Source: Clostridia bacterium
GTDB lineage: Bacteria > Bacillota > Clostridia > UMGS1810
Reading direction: 5' to 3'
Assembly: GCA_045532255.1 (NCBI GenBank)
Contig: JAZSFO010000025.1
Location: 1-51,080 of the forward strand
DNA length: 51,080 nucleotides
The position numbers and the translations under genes are program-made. Of the stretch, positions 9,691 through 19,383 are shown one piece after another. The notes below the pieces were generated by a model. That model was not told the origin of the DNA, made no database searches, and saw nothing but the letters and a program-made list of their open reading frames with translations. The first letter of the stretch is position 1; every line of letters begins with the position of its first letter.

Positions 9691-11682
9691 TTAATCATTT
9701 ATTTTGTTTTCGCGAAGATATTCATCAATCGCTTTTTTCAGCATTGCTTCTGCTTCGTCAAGGTCAACATTGTATAGCTGTGTTGCTGCCATGGTCAAAT
9801 GACCTCCGCCGCCAAGCTTTTCCATAATAATTTGTATATTGTAATTGCCGAGGGAACGGGCACTGATTTGTACGGAGCCACCCATATCGCAAAGAACAAA
9901 TGCACAGCTGATGTCTGAAATATTGAGCAGTTCATCAGCTGCCTGAGCAATGATAATTGTCATATTGGCATCGCTCTTTGTACATTTGGCAATACATATT
10001 GAATGTTTATAGGTTGTTGCATTTTCGAGTATCTGCCATTTCTTCATAAATGTATTAACATCAATCTGGAACAGCTTTTTTACGGATATTGTATCAACAC
10101 CGAGTTTCTTAAGATAGGAAGCAGCCTCAAATGTTCTTGCACCTGTCTTGAAGGTGAAGTTTTTTGTATCCATATATATACCGGAATAGATTGCTTCCGC
10201 TTCTTTTTTGCTCAGTTTGACCTTATCGCCCATATACTGAATAATTTCGGTAACAAGCTCCGAAGCTGACGACGCATACGGCTCATGATACGAAATTAAC
10301 GGGTTGGCTATATAGTCTGCATTTCTGCGATGGTGATCAATTACTACAATATTTTTAGTGACATCAAGCAGAGATGGCTCCTCTACCATAGACTTGACAT
10401 GGGTATCTACTACAAAGAGTAGTGTTCTCTTGCTTATTATTTCGTTGGCATAAGCTCTGTTTATTATCAAATCATCATATTCTTGTTCGGATAATGAATT
10501 CAGAGTTTTTGCTACTGTCTGGTTATAGTTTTCCATGACAATTTTGCACGACTTACCAAAGGTTTTGACAGCCTGGGCGAGTCCTATTGCCGCACCGAAG
10601 GAGTCGCTGTCTGCCTGCTTATGACCCATGATAAGAATTTCATCATTGTCATATATAAGCTGTTTTATAGCTTCAGCAACAACTCTTGCTTTAACCTTGG
10701 TTCTTTTTTCTGTTTCCTGACTTTTTCCGCCGAAGAAGAGATATTTTTCTCCTTGCTTTACAATTGCCTGATCGCCGCCTCTTCCAAGCGCCATGTCAAG
10801 AGAGTTATATGCATAGGTTTCGTTGATAAGCATACTTTCACCGCCGCATCCGACACCTATACTTAGAGTGGGAGACAGCTTGTTGCCTACTGCAATTGAA
10901 CGGATTTGTTCTAGAATTTCAAACCTGTTATCAAGAAATTGCTCAAGTCCGCTGTTTGAAAAGTAAAACATAAATCTGTCTTTTTCATGCTTTTTAATAA
11001 TTCCGTTTACGCTCTGCGCCCATAAATTGAGAGTTTCTTCAATTGCTGCAGAGATTTTTGGCTTGTCGGAATTGAGGACATCTATCATTACATCGTCATA
11101 ATTGTCTACAACAATAATAGAACAAACAAACTTTTCGCTTTGGTATTTGTTTTTAAGTATTTCGTAATCCGTACAATCCTTAAAATGAAGTGCATAGAAT
11201 GTTTCGGAATCGGGATTTGAAGCTACGGCTTCCACATGATATTTTCTTCCGCCGTGGGATATTTCATAAAATCCTTTTGAGTCGGAATTGATGCATTGAT
11301 ATAAATCAAATTCGGGGATAACCTCAGTTATGTGTGTTCTTTTTGTTGCAGACATTTCGGAAATCTCCGAAAATCCCTTGTTTGACCATAATATTACACC
11401 GTCATGTCTTATTATAGCGAGAGGCAGCAACTGTCCGCCAAATACATCAGGTACTGTTGAGAACATATCACCTGTTATGCTGTCCAGAAAATGGCGTATG
11501 TGTTTACGCTGAGATGAATTGAATATAATGTATACACAAAGACATGCAAGGCCGAATAATGCGAGCGGTATTGCAACCTTGATTTCGTATATAGCCACAA
11601 TCATGCTGATGAGCAAAATTATCCATATATAATATCCGCCGCTTGAGAAAACTTTTCGAAAGGCATTGTTATTTTTCTTCAT
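9691..11682 (-). CDS. gdpP: Cyclic-di-AMP phosphodiesterase GdpP (YybT family: 2 TM, PAS-like, degenerate GGDEF, DHH/DHHA1)
   Basis: N-terminal TM pair, degenerate GGDEF region (RGGDQAIV), DHH motifs (HKQADSDS, VIDHHR), DHHA1 GGGH. Conserved position upstream of rplI-dnaB. ATG at 11682 with AAAGGTGA upstream. Confidence 0.88.
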   Translation of the reverse strand: MKKNNNAFRKVFSSGGYYIWIILLISMIVAIYEIKVAIPLALFGLACLCVYIIFNSSQRKHIRHFLDSITGDMFSTVPDVFGGQLLPLAIIRHDGVILWSNKGFSEISEMSATKRTHITEVIPEFDLYQCINSDSKGFYEISHGGRKYHVEAVASNPDSETFYALHFKDCTDYEILKNKYQSEKFVCSIIVVDNYDDVMIDVLNSDKPKISAAIEETLNLWAQSVNGIIKKHEKDRFMFYFSNSGLEQFLDNRFEILEQIRSIAVGNKLSPTLSIGVGCGGESMLINETYAYNSLDMALGRGGDQAIVKQGEKYLFFGGKSQETEKRTKVKARVVAEAIKQLIYDNDEILIMGHKQADSDSFGAAIGLAQAVKTFGKSCKIVMENYNQTVAKTLNSLSEQEYDDLIINRAYANEIISKRTLLFVVDTHVKSMVEEPSLLDVTKNIVVIDHHRRNADYIANPLISYHEPYASSASELVTEIIQYMGDKVKLSKKEAEAIYSGIYMDTKNFTFKTGARTFEAASYLKKLGVDTISVKKLFQIDVNTFMKKWQILENATTYKHSICIAKCTKSDANMTIIIAQAADELLNISDISCAFVLCDMGGSVQISARSLGNYNIQIIMEKLGGGGHLTMAATQLYNVDLDEAEAMLKKAIDEYLRENKIND

Positions 11683-12685
11683 GGAATTCACCTTTTTTCG
11701 GTTTTAATTTTCTTATATCGAAGAAAGTATCTGTGATGCCGATAAGTAAAAAAATGTATATAGGATTTATGACCGGCATAACTACACATAATAGTATAAA
11801 AAGTATCATTATCAGAAAGAGTAATAAGTACCTTTTTTGTGCTGAATATGTTTTCGCTTTTAGCTTGAAATCAATAATTGATAGTGCAACAAGTATATAA
11901 ATGCATGATATACAGAGAAAAGCACTGAAAAACACCATAAACCAAAGGTTTGATGTCGATAGCGTTATTCCTGCAATACAAATCAAATAAGCAACAAAAG
12001 TAACAATCCCCGCGGAAAAAGTGTCAAAGCCTCCCGAGAATTTACTGTTTTCGATAAGATACTTGTTGCAGAAAGATTTTGAAAGCATATATCTTGGCAA
12101 AAACATTATGATGCTTGATACGAATATACAAAATGGTATTAGTCCCGGAGTTACAACATACATTGTGCTGAAAATCTGACCCTCTGTATCTGCAAGCTGT
12201 GACGCGGTATCAGGATACAGCGATGCTATTATGTCAATTTGACTGAAAAGGAAGTCCGTCATATTGCCTCGCAGCTGCTCGGTAAGATTTACGCCAAGGC
12301 CATATTTGCAATATGCAATCAAAGCGGCAGAGACAATAAAATCAAGCGCAACAGATGCGGAAAGCGTCTCTGCAAACTTCAGGGATTTTCTATAACTTAT
12401 ACCTATAATATATCCGGGGAACAGAAACAGCATCGATGATATTATACTTGTGTATTCCAATCCCATTGTTCCTGTAAGCGAATATACTATGCAGAAAATT
12501 ATTGCCGTAAGTCCTGCCAAAATCGATTTTGGTAATCCCCAATTGCAAATCATCCTTGAAATCAGTGCGGGAATCAAAAAAAGAGACACAATACATACAG
12601 GAATATAATACATGGATAATGTTGTCAGAACAATAAGAGACAATGTATTTATGATGATATTTGCAGTGTTTTTTTGCTTTGACAT
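11669..12685 (-). CDS. yybS: YybS-like polytopic membrane protein (DUF2232)
   Basis: About 9 predicted TM helices. Position immediately upstream of, and overlapping, gdpP as in Bacillus yybS-yybT. Start set to the ATG at 12685 with GGAGGA 6 nt upstream. Confidence 0.7.
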   Translation of the reverse strand: MSKQKNTANIIINTLSLIVLTTLSMYYIPVCIVSLFLIPALISRMICNWGLPKSILAGLTAIIFCIVYSLTGTMGLEYTSIISSMLFLFPGYIIGISYRKSLKFAETLSASVALDFIVSAALIAYCKYGLGVNLTEQLRGNMTDFLFSQIDIIASLYPDTASQLADTEGQIFSTMYVVTPGLIPFCIFVSSIIMFLPRYMLSKSFCNKYLIENSKFSGGFDTFSAGIVTFVAYLICIAGITLSTSNLWFMVFFSAFLCISCIYILVALSIIDFKLKAKTYSAQKRYLLLFLIMILFILLCVVMPVINPIYIFLLIGITDTFFDIRKLKPKKGEFHEEK

Positions 12686-12874
12686 TGTTATCCTCCAAGC
12701 CATTAATTTTAATTACATTATTATACCATCAAACTAAGTGTTTTGCAAGAAAAATAATATAATATTTACTATTATTTAACAAAACCTGCAAATAATAACC
12801 CTGTATGTTTTTTATATATTAGAAAACACTATGTTTGGACTCTTTTAGAGCATTTTTTTGAAAGGAGTGATAGT

Positions 12875-13087
12875 ATGTTAGACAATACAGCACTTACAGT
12901 TGTAATAATCGGTGCAATAAACTGGCTTCTTGTCGGAGTTTTTGGTTTTGACCTTGTAGCATTTATATTCGGCGGACAGGGTGCACTGATTTCCAGAATC
13001 ATTTATACCCTTGTTGGTATATGCGGTCTTTGGTCTGTGGGAATGCTATTTAAGGAAAAGGTCCCTGCAAGAAGATTTAAGGACTAA
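12875..13087 (+). CDS. DUF378 family small membrane protein
   Basis: 70 aa with two TM helices and the GAINWLLVGVFGFDLV signature of DUF378. AAAGGAG RBS. Confidence 0.8.
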   Translation: MLDNTALTVVIIGAINWLLVGVFGFDLVAFIFGGQGALISRIIYTLVGICGLWSVGMLFKEKVPARRFKD

Positions 13088-13098
13088 ATACTAAAAAA

Positions 13099-13156
13099 TG
13101 CCGTTAAAGGGTTATTGTTAAAAATAACAGATTATAACCCTTAACGGCAATTTTTT
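13099..13156 (+). terminator. Intrinsic terminator after the DUF378 gene
   Basis: Long stem TGCCGTTAAAGGGTTAT / ATAACCCTTAACGGCA (one bulge) with an inner TGTTA/TAACA stem, followed by TTTTTT at 13151-13156. Confidence 0.75.
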
Positions 13157-13168
13157 ACATATTTGTTA

Positions 13169-13197
13169 TTGTAAATACATGAGTTTTATGTTATAAT
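13169..13197 (+). promoter_or_regulatory. Candidate sigma-A promoter for the secreted-protein gene (and possibly lepA)
   Basis: TTGTAA (13169-13174), 17-nt spacer, TATAAT (13192-13197), 34 nt upstream of the ATG at 13231. Confidence 0.5.
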
Positions 13198-13230
13198 ACG
13201 ATTAATAAATTACGATTGGAGATGATATAT

Positions 13231-14679
13231 ATGAAAAAGTTTATATCAATTCTGCTTAGTATTATGTTTTGTTTCTCAGCACTTACTGCAAATGCATCCT
13301 CTGTACCTGAGTTTATGAACAAAACCTATAACAATTATACGGCAGATTATAAGCTGTCAATGACAATTAACAATACAGAAGAAATTGTATCTTTTCTGGA
13401 AGAATTGCAGATGCCTAAGGAAATAAGCAATTTTATAGATGTAAAGTCTCTTATTAATTCACTTTGCCGTGTGAATTCAGTTATGAATGTTCAGGCAGAA
13501 ATTTCTGATGATTTCAGACGCATTAAGGCGGGTTTAACAACCCACACAGAGCAGAATATAGTTGTTAACAGGAACTATGATACATCATACCGTGCAAAAA
13601 CGGGCATGTGGATAGATATGGACATAGACAGCAAAAAACTTGTTATAATATATTCAACTCCTATGAATGATAAATATGCAGTTATTGATTTTGCAAAGGA
13701 TGCACCGCAGGAAGTCAGTGATATGCTTTTTGATGCATATGACAAGATATTTAACCGTGAGTTTATGGAAAAGAACAACAAGGAAATCATAAATCTTGCA
13801 GTAAAGCATGCTGATATTACAATGAGGGGTAACACATGTACTGTTAAATATGATAATGATACCTTTGCTGCACTTATTGATGATACTATGGACTATGCAA
13901 TGAAATTTTCTTCCGAGATATATGCTTCTTATGGCGAACAGCTAGAAGATTTTGATATTCCGTCATTTAAGGGTATCAAGCTTCTTGGCGACAAGGGAAT
14001 AACATGTACATATAAACTCAGCGGAAACAAAATTAAAACTGCTTCTGAAAAATGGGATGTATCAATAAGCCTTGCAGATATTTTTAATAAGATTACAGGC
14101 ACACCCTGGCAGTATGAATTTAATGGAGATATCAATCTCACTCTGGAAACTGAGACTGATGTTAGTAAAATCGGAACTACCAAAGCTATTATGCCCAAGC
14201 TAACAGAAGAAAACAGCTTTAACATAACTGAAATGTTTGGCACTGGTTATGATGAATATGGTTATGAGACAGAAGAGTGGGAAATGCCTATGGTAAGTTT
14301 CTATGTATGGGGTGATACAGAAACTGATACCTTCGACGGCGAAAGATACTATATGCCTTTGCGAAACTGTATTGATAATGCATATTACGGTAGGGCTGAT
14401 ATTACCTATGATAATGGTCTTGTGACTATATTGACTGATTGCGGTGATGCCGAGCAGGATATAAGTGTGAGCCTGAATGTAGGCGAAGACTCTGCTGTGG
14501 TTAACGGTATGGTTTATGAGGATATCGGTGTCTTCAAAATAATTGACGGAAGCGTATATGCAGGTGTTGATTTTTATGAAAAATGCCTTGGCTGGTCTTT
14601 GGAATATCTACAGAAAGACCTTCTTACAGGAAGCTTAAGCTATGAGTTCTATACATCTGATTATGATGAAGAATATTGA
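13231..14679 (+). CDS. Uncharacterised secreted acidic protein with a C-terminal copper-amine-oxidase-N-like (stalk) repeat
   Basis: Signal peptide MKKFISILLSIMFCFSALTANA. No other TM. C-terminal YYMPLRNCIDNAY...ITYDNGLVTI and AVVNGMVYED...IIDGSVYAGVDFYEKCLGW resemble the stalk-domain pattern. Start at the ATG 13231 with GGAG 9 nt upstream. Confidence 0.7.
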   Translation: MKKFISILLSIMFCFSALTANASSVPEFMNKTYNNYTADYKLSMTINNTEEIVSFLEELQMPKEISNFIDVKSLINSLCRVNSVMNVQAEISDDFRRIKAGLTTHTEQNIVVNRNYDTSYRAKTGMWIDMDIDSKKLVIIYSTPMNDKYAVIDFAKDAPQEVSDMLFDAYDKIFNREFMEKNNKEIINLAVKHADITMRGNTCTVKYDNDTFAALIDDTMDYAMKFSSEIYASYGEQLEDFDIPSFKGIKLLGDKGITCTYKLSGNKIKTASEKWDVSISLADIFNKITGTPWQYEFNGDINLTLETETDVSKIGTTKAIMPKLTEENSFNITEMFGTGYDEYGYETEEWEMPMVSFYVWGDTETDTFDGERYYMPLRNCIDNAYYGRADITYDNGLVTILTDCGDAEQDISVSLNVGEDSAVVNGMVYEDIGVFKIIDGSVYAGVDFYEKCLGWSLEYLQKDLLTGSLSYEFYTSDYDEEY

Positions 14680-14709
14680 TAAAGCACTAACACAAGGAGA
14701 ATAATAAAC

Positions 14710-16518
14710 ATGTCAAAAAGACAAGAACATATAAGAAATTTTTGCATCATTGCACATATTGACCATGGTAAGTCAACACTTGCTGACAGAATGCTGGAAA
14801 AAACGGGTGTGCTTACCGAAAGGGAGATGCAGGATCAGATTCTTGACAACATGGATTTGGAAAAGGAAAAGGGTATAACAATAAAGGCGCGTGCCGTAAA
14901 ACTTGTATATAAGGCAAAAAACGGTGAGGAATATATATTAAATCTTATTGATACCCCGGGACATGTTGACTTTAACTATGAGGTTTCCAGAAGTCTTGCT
15001 GCATGTGAGGGTGCTGTGCTTGTTGTTGATGCATCGCAGGGTATAGAAGCGCAGACACTTGCAAACACATATCTCGCTGTTGATAATGACCTTGAGATCG
15101 TTCCTGTAATCAACAAAATTGACCTGCCAAGTGCAAGACCTGATTTTGTTAAAAATGAAATAGAAGATATTATAGGAATAGATGCTCAGGAAGCACCTTT
15201 GATTTCTGCAAAACAGGGTCTTGGAATTGAGGATGTTCTTGAAAAAATTGTTGAACTTGTACCGCCTCCCGACGGGGATTCCTCCGAACCTTTTAAGGCA
15301 CTTATATTTGATTCATATTATGATGCTTATAAGGGTGTTATAGTATATGTAAGGGTTATGGACGGAGAATTAAAACCCGGAGATAAGATTAAATTTATGG
15401 CAACGGGCAAAACCTTTGATGTTGTCGAAACAGGATATCTCTCGGCGCTTGGCTCTATAACTGCTCCGTCGCTCAAGGCAGGAGAGGTAGGATATATTGC
15501 AGCTTCCATAAAGACTGTTTCAGATGCAAGGGTAGGGGATACAGTTACCTTGGCAGATAGACCCGCCAAGGAAGCACTACCAGGATACAAAAAGGTTAAT
15601 CCAATGGTCTTTTCGGGAATTTATCCCGCAGACGGCGCAAAGTACGGAGACCTGAGAGATGCACTGGAAAAACTTCAGCTTAATGATGCCGCGTTATCAT
15701 ATGAGCCTGAAACTTCGGTTGCATTGGGCTTTGGCTTTAGATGCGGATTTCTGGGACTGCTTCATATGGAAATAATTCAGGAAAGACTTGAAAGAGAGTA
15801 TAATCTTGACCTTGTAACAACTGCTCCGAGCGTTGTTTACAAAATTTATAAAACCAACGGAGAGGTAGAAGATATATCCAATCCTACAAACCTGCCTCCG
15901 ATGTCAGAAATTGAGCATATGGAAGAGCCTATGGTAAATGCAGATATTATGCTTCCGACACAGTTTGTAGGAAACATAATGGAGCTTTGTCAGGAAAGAC
16001 GCGGAATATACAAAAATATGCAATACATGGATGATACAAGAGTAATTCTGCATTATGATTTGCCGCTAAATGAGATAATATATGATTTCTTTGATGCATT
16101 AAAGTCAAGAACAAAGGGATATGCATCCTTTGATTATGAGCTTAAAGGCTATGTAAAATCCGAGCTTGTTAAGCTGGATATGCTTCTTAACGGCGATGTA
16201 GTTGATGCACTTTCCTTTATTGTACATGAGTCAAAAGCATATGCAAGAGGAAGAAGAATTGCAGAAAAGCTAAAAGAAACTATCCCGAGACAGCTATTTG
16301 AAATTCCCATACAGGCAGCAATTGGCAATAAAATCATAGCCCGTGAGACCGTTAAAGCAATGCGTAAGGATGTGCTTGCAAAGTGCTACGGCGGTGATAT
16401 AACCAGAAAGAAAAAACTCCTCGAAAAACAAAAAGAGGGTAAAAAGCGTATGCGTCAGGTCGGAAGCGTCGAAGTTCCGCAGGAAGCATTTATGTCTGTT
16501 CTTAAGCTTGATGAATAG
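14710..16518 (+). CDS. lepA: Translation elongation factor 4 (LepA)
   Basis: G-domain [18 protein letters not shown], and the LepA-specific C-terminal domain ([22 protein letters not shown]). Confidence 0.97.
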   Translation: MSKRQEHIRNFCIIAHIDHGKSTLADRMLEKTGVLTEREMQDQILDNMDLEKEKGITIKARAVKLVYKAKNGEEYILNLIDTPGHVDFNYEVSRSLAACEGAVLVVDASQGIEAQTLANTYLAVDNDLEIVPVINKIDLPSARPDFVKNEIEDIIGIDAQEAPLISAKQGLGIEDVLEKIVELVPPPDGDSSEPFKALIFDSYYDAYKGVIVYVRVMDGELKPGDKIKFMATGKTFDVVETGYLSALGSITAPSLKAGEVGYIAASIKTVSDARVGDTVTLADRPAKEALPGYKKVNPMVFSGIYPADGAKYGDLRDALEKLQLNDAALSYEPETSVALGFGFRCGFLGLLHMEIIQERLEREYNLDLVTTAPSVVYKIYKTNGEVEDISNPTNLPPMSEIEHMEEPMVNADIMLPTQFVGNIMELCQERRGIYKNMQYMDDTRVILHYDLPLNEIIYDFFDALKSRTKGYASFDYELKGYVKSELVKLDMLLNGDVVDALSFIVHESKAYARGRRIAEKLKETIPRQLFEIPIQAAIGNKIIARETVKAMRKDVLAKCYGGDITRKKKLLEKQKEGKKRMRQVGSVEVPQEAFMSVLKLDE

Positions 16519-16521
16519 TAT

Positions 16522-16564
16522 AAAAGCGATTATATCGGTTAAAAACCGCATATAATCGCTTTTT
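16522..16564. terminator. Bidirectional two-tier terminator between convergent lepA and the recombinase gene
   Basis: Perfect 14-bp outer stem AAAAGCGATTATAT / ATATAATCGCTTTT (A/T tails included) with an inner CGGTT/AACCG stem. Confidence 0.8.
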
Positions 16565-16566
16565 GT

Positions 16567-17565
16567 TTATTCGTTATTTTCTATTTTTATATTTGCCAGA
16601 GGATTGCTGTTTGCGGCGTCTCTGAGGTCATCATTTTTTATGTGCGTATAAATCTGTGTTGTGGCAAGGCTTGTATGACCCAGAAGCTCCTGTAGTGTAC
16701 GGATATCAACATTTCCATCTCTGTACATCAGTGTAGCTGCAGTATGGCGAAGCTTATGCGGAGAATAAAGCTCATAATCAAGACCAGCTTTTTCAAAATA
16801 TTTTTTTGCAATTATTTCTACCATACGATTGCTTATTCTTTTGCCATGTGAACTGATAAACAGCGCATCCATGTCAGTGTGATTTGTAACCTCGGGTCTT
16901 ACTTCGAGATAACTCTTGATTGCATCTATACAGAGGTCATTAAGGTAAACCATACGCTCTTTGTTGCCTTTACCGATAACACGAAGGGTCCGCTTTTCAA
17001 GATTAATATTTCTTAAGTTAATGCCGACTAACTCCGATAATCGCAGACCGCAGTTTAAAAATATAGAAAACATTGCAAGATCTCTTGCTTTGAACTTTCC
17101 GTCAATTGTATTTAAGAAATTTATGCTTTCTTCAAGTGTAAGATAGCGGGGCATGCGTTTTTTTATTTTTGGCGAGTCAAGATTTGCTGCAGGATTATAA
17201 TCTATAAAATTGACTCTTGTATGCAGATAGTTAAAAAAAGACCGTATGCTAGCAACTTTTCTTGCACGGTAATTGTCATTTGATGAATGACGGTTGTTTA
17301 TAAATGCCATAAACTCGTAGAGGTCATTTAATTCAATTTGTTTCAAAATATTTTCATCAAAATTATCCAGTACAATAGTATCAATTTCATTTAGGGAAAT
17401 ATTATTTGAAACTGCTTCTATAAACTTAAAAAACAAACGAAGGTCATAGTAGTATTCCTTAACGGTGTTTGGCGATTTGCCTTTTATTACAATCATAAAA
17501 TTCAGGTAGTTTCTCAGTATTTGCGGTACATCGCCGTATTTGTCAGTAGAAGCCTTTGAAAGCAT
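16567..17565 (-). CDS. Tyrosine site-specific recombinase, XerC/XerD family
   Basis: Full catalytic set: R (GLRLSEL), K (GKGNKER), HKLRH, LGH, IYTH. N-terminal SAM-like core-binding domain. Start set to the ATG at 17565 with GGAGGAGGG 5 nt upstream. Confidence 0.85.
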   Translation of the reverse strand: MLSKASTDKYGDVPQILRNYLNFMIVIKGKSPNTVKEYYYDLRLFFKFIEAVSNNISLNEIDTIVLDNFDENILKQIELNDLYEFMAFINNRHSSNDNYRARKVASIRSFFNYLHTRVNFIDYNPAANLDSPKIKKRMPRYLTLEESINFLNTIDGKFKARDLAMFSIFLNCGLRLSELVGINLRNINLEKRTLRVIGKGNKERMVYLNDLCIDAIKSYLEVRPEVTNHTDMDALFISSHGKRISNRMVEIIAKKYFEKAGLDYELYSPHKLRHTAATLMYRDGNVDIRTLQELLGHTSLATTQIYTHIKNDDLRDAANSNPLANIKIENNE

Positions 17566-17580
17566 ATTCAGCCCTCCTCC

Positions 17581-17608
17581 ATTTCGCAAAATTTTTATTT
17601 TGCGAAAT
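17581..17608. repeat. Perfect 12-4-12 inverted repeat ATTTCGCAAAAT-TTTT-ATTTTGCGAAAT abutting the recombinase RBS
   Basis: Read directly from the sequence. Arms at 17581-17592 and 17597-17608 are exact reverse complements. On the minus-strand RNA the hairpin is followed by GGAGGAGGG rather than a U-tract. Confidence 0.6.
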
Positions 17609-17625
17609 TATGCCAGAGTTTTAAT

Positions 17626-18195
17626 CTATCCTCTATTTATTTTAATTATCCTTTTTTCTGTAAAAATAACATCCATTGCAATGTCGTGTTCGTCATTTTC
17701 AATATCTTCAATTATCTGAAAATCATATGCAAGTGCAATTTTGGTTGTATTTTTGTTCTGAGAAAAAAACTTATCATAATATCCTGCACCGAAACCTATT
17801 CGATTGCCTTTTGTGTCAAAAACAATTCCCGGAACTATTACACAGTCAATTGCATTTTGGCAGCTTAAATCTGCTTGAGCATTCGGTTCAATTATTCCGT
17901 ATTTATTTAAAGAATAATCTGTGCTCTCGTAAATTCTTACAGGAGTCATTGTTAATTCTTTTGTATTGCATTTGGGTAAATATACTGCCCTTTTGATGCT
18001 TGTAAGATAATTTATAATTTCATTTGTTTTTACTTCATTCTGAAAGTCGCTGTATACAAAAACATTTTCAAACATGTCCAAAAGTTTTGAACCCTTGAGC
18101 TTGCAAAATATTTCACTGCTTGCCTTTTGTACAAATTCATTAGGCAGCAGCTTTCTTCTTGAAATCATTTCTTTTCGTAATTGTATCTTATTCAT
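17626..18195 (-). CDS. 5-formyltetrahydrofolate cyclo-ligase
   Basis: About 190 aa with the C-terminal motif VPGIVFDTKGNRIGFGAGYYDKF characteristic of the family. Confidence 0.85.
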   Translation of the reverse strand: MNKIQLRKEMISRRKLLPNEFVQKASSEIFCKLKGSKLLDMFENVFVYSDFQNEVKTNEIINYLTSIKRAVYLPKCNTKELTMTPVRIYESTDYSLNKYGIIEPNAQADLSCQNAIDCVIVPGIVFDTKGNRIGFGAGYYDKFFSQNKNTTKIALAYDFQIIEDIENDEHDIAMDVIFTEKRIIKINRG

Positions 18196-18196
18196 G

Positions 18197-18733
18197 TCAA
18201 CTATATATCATGTTCTTTTCAAGTGTTTTGGATGCTTCCTTGTCTATAAGCATTTCTACGAGCTTAAAACCGAGCTTGTGGGCTGTTCCTGCACCTCTTG
18301 ATGTTATTATGTTTCCTGAGACGCATACATCATCATAAAGCACATTTGCCTCATATAAATATTCCTCAAATGATGGGAAACAACATGCATCTATGCCTTT
18401 TAACATTCCGAGCTTTCCGAGAATTGACGGTGCGGCACATATTGCACAAATCATTTTATTGTTTGAATAAGCATCTTTTATAAGAGATATTGCCTTAGCA
18501 GAGCTTTCGAGGTTAACATATCCCGGATATCCCCCCGGAAGAAAAATACCGTCATATTCCCTGATATCATCTATCAACAAATCTGCTTTTACTTCTATTC
18601 CGTGTGCACCTGTAACAGATAATGTATTATTTATTGATACTGTTTGTATATCTATTTGTGCTCTTCTTAATATATCAACAACGCATAGTGCTTCTATTTC
18701 CTCAAAGCCGTCAGCAAGTATAGTATAAATCAT
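18197..18733 (-). CDS. DJ-1/PfpI family protein
   Basis: Nucleophile elbow AICAAP, GFEEIEA, LPGG motifs. Start set to the ATG at 18733 with GGAGGG 7 nt upstream. Confidence 0.85.
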   Translation of the reverse strand: MIYTILADGFEEIEALCVVDILRRAQIDIQTVSINNTLSVTGAHGIEVKADLLIDDIREYDGIFLPGGYPGYVNLESSAKAISLIKDAYSNNKMICAICAAPSILGKLGMLKGIDACCFPSFEEYLYEANVLYDDVCVSGNIITSRGAGTAHKLGFKLVEMLIDKEASKTLEKNMIYS

Positions 18734-18747
18734 TATATATCCCTCCG

Positions 18748-19374
18748 TCAAAAAATAAAGTCATTTACAGCTATTGCAATAAGCGATGATGAAAATTGCT
18801 CTTTCACAAAATCAAGCTCAGGTATGTACTGTATGTATCCTGCTATGACATATATAAGCATGGATGCAATGACCCCTGCAAGAAGTCCGCACACACTTCC
18901 CAAAAGGCTGTCAACACTTCGGATTATTGGAAGCGAGGTTGTCCTTTTTACAAGCTGTCTCAATATAAAAACAAGAATTTTCAGGCTAATAAACGAAATT
19001 ATTACAAGCGGAATTGTCATAATTGCTCTAAGAGATTTTGAGGCAAGTGTATATGCGATGCTTTTGTTATTTATAGCTGTCGGCTTGCCGTCATCCTTCC
19101 CCAAACCGAATATTGATAAGTAAGGGGCGGATTTTAATATATCATTTTCTGCATTTTCGAGATGCTCTTCGATGCTTTGCGATACATTGGTAAGCATTTT
19201 TACACCGTAGTCGGATTCGAATAATGTATCTCCGAGATACGAGTATATTCCCGTAACTATCGCTATTGAAAAAAGGAAAACAGCAAACGATAAAAGTGTT
19301 TGTGCAAAGCCTTTTTTATATCCCATAAATATAGAAATAACAACCGTAAAAATCAGTATAAAGTCGAAAATCAT
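18748..19374 (-). CDS. cvpA: CvpA family membrane protein
   Basis: Four TM helices and the N-terminal DFILIFTVVISIFMGYKKGF pattern typical of CvpA. Confidence 0.8.
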   Translation of the reverse strand: MIFDFILIFTVVISIFMGYKKGFAQTLLSFAVFLFSIAIVTGIYSYLGDTLFESDYGVKMLTNVSQSIEEHLENAENDILKSAPYLSIFGLGKDDGKPTAINNKSIAYTLASKSLRAIMTIPLVIISFISLKILVFILRQLVKRTTSLPIIRSVDSLLGSVCGLLAGVIASMLIYVIAGYIQYIPELDFVKEQFSSSLIAIAVNDFIF

Positions 19375-19383
19375 ATTATCACC

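Noticed and set aside
12390-12698. 102-aa same-strand alternative-frame ORF inside yybS
   Set aside because: It overlaps the membrane-protein frame, which has the RBS-supported start and coherent TM helices. The alternative frame has neither.
16567-17589. Tyrosine recombinase as the integrase of a mobile element or an inverton recombinase
   Set aside because: There are no phage, IS or conjugation genes on either side, and no tRNA or att-like direct repeats noticed. There is no non-coding segment flanked by distant inverted repeats. The gene is the last cistron of a housekeeping run, so a chromosomal Xer-type function is more likely.
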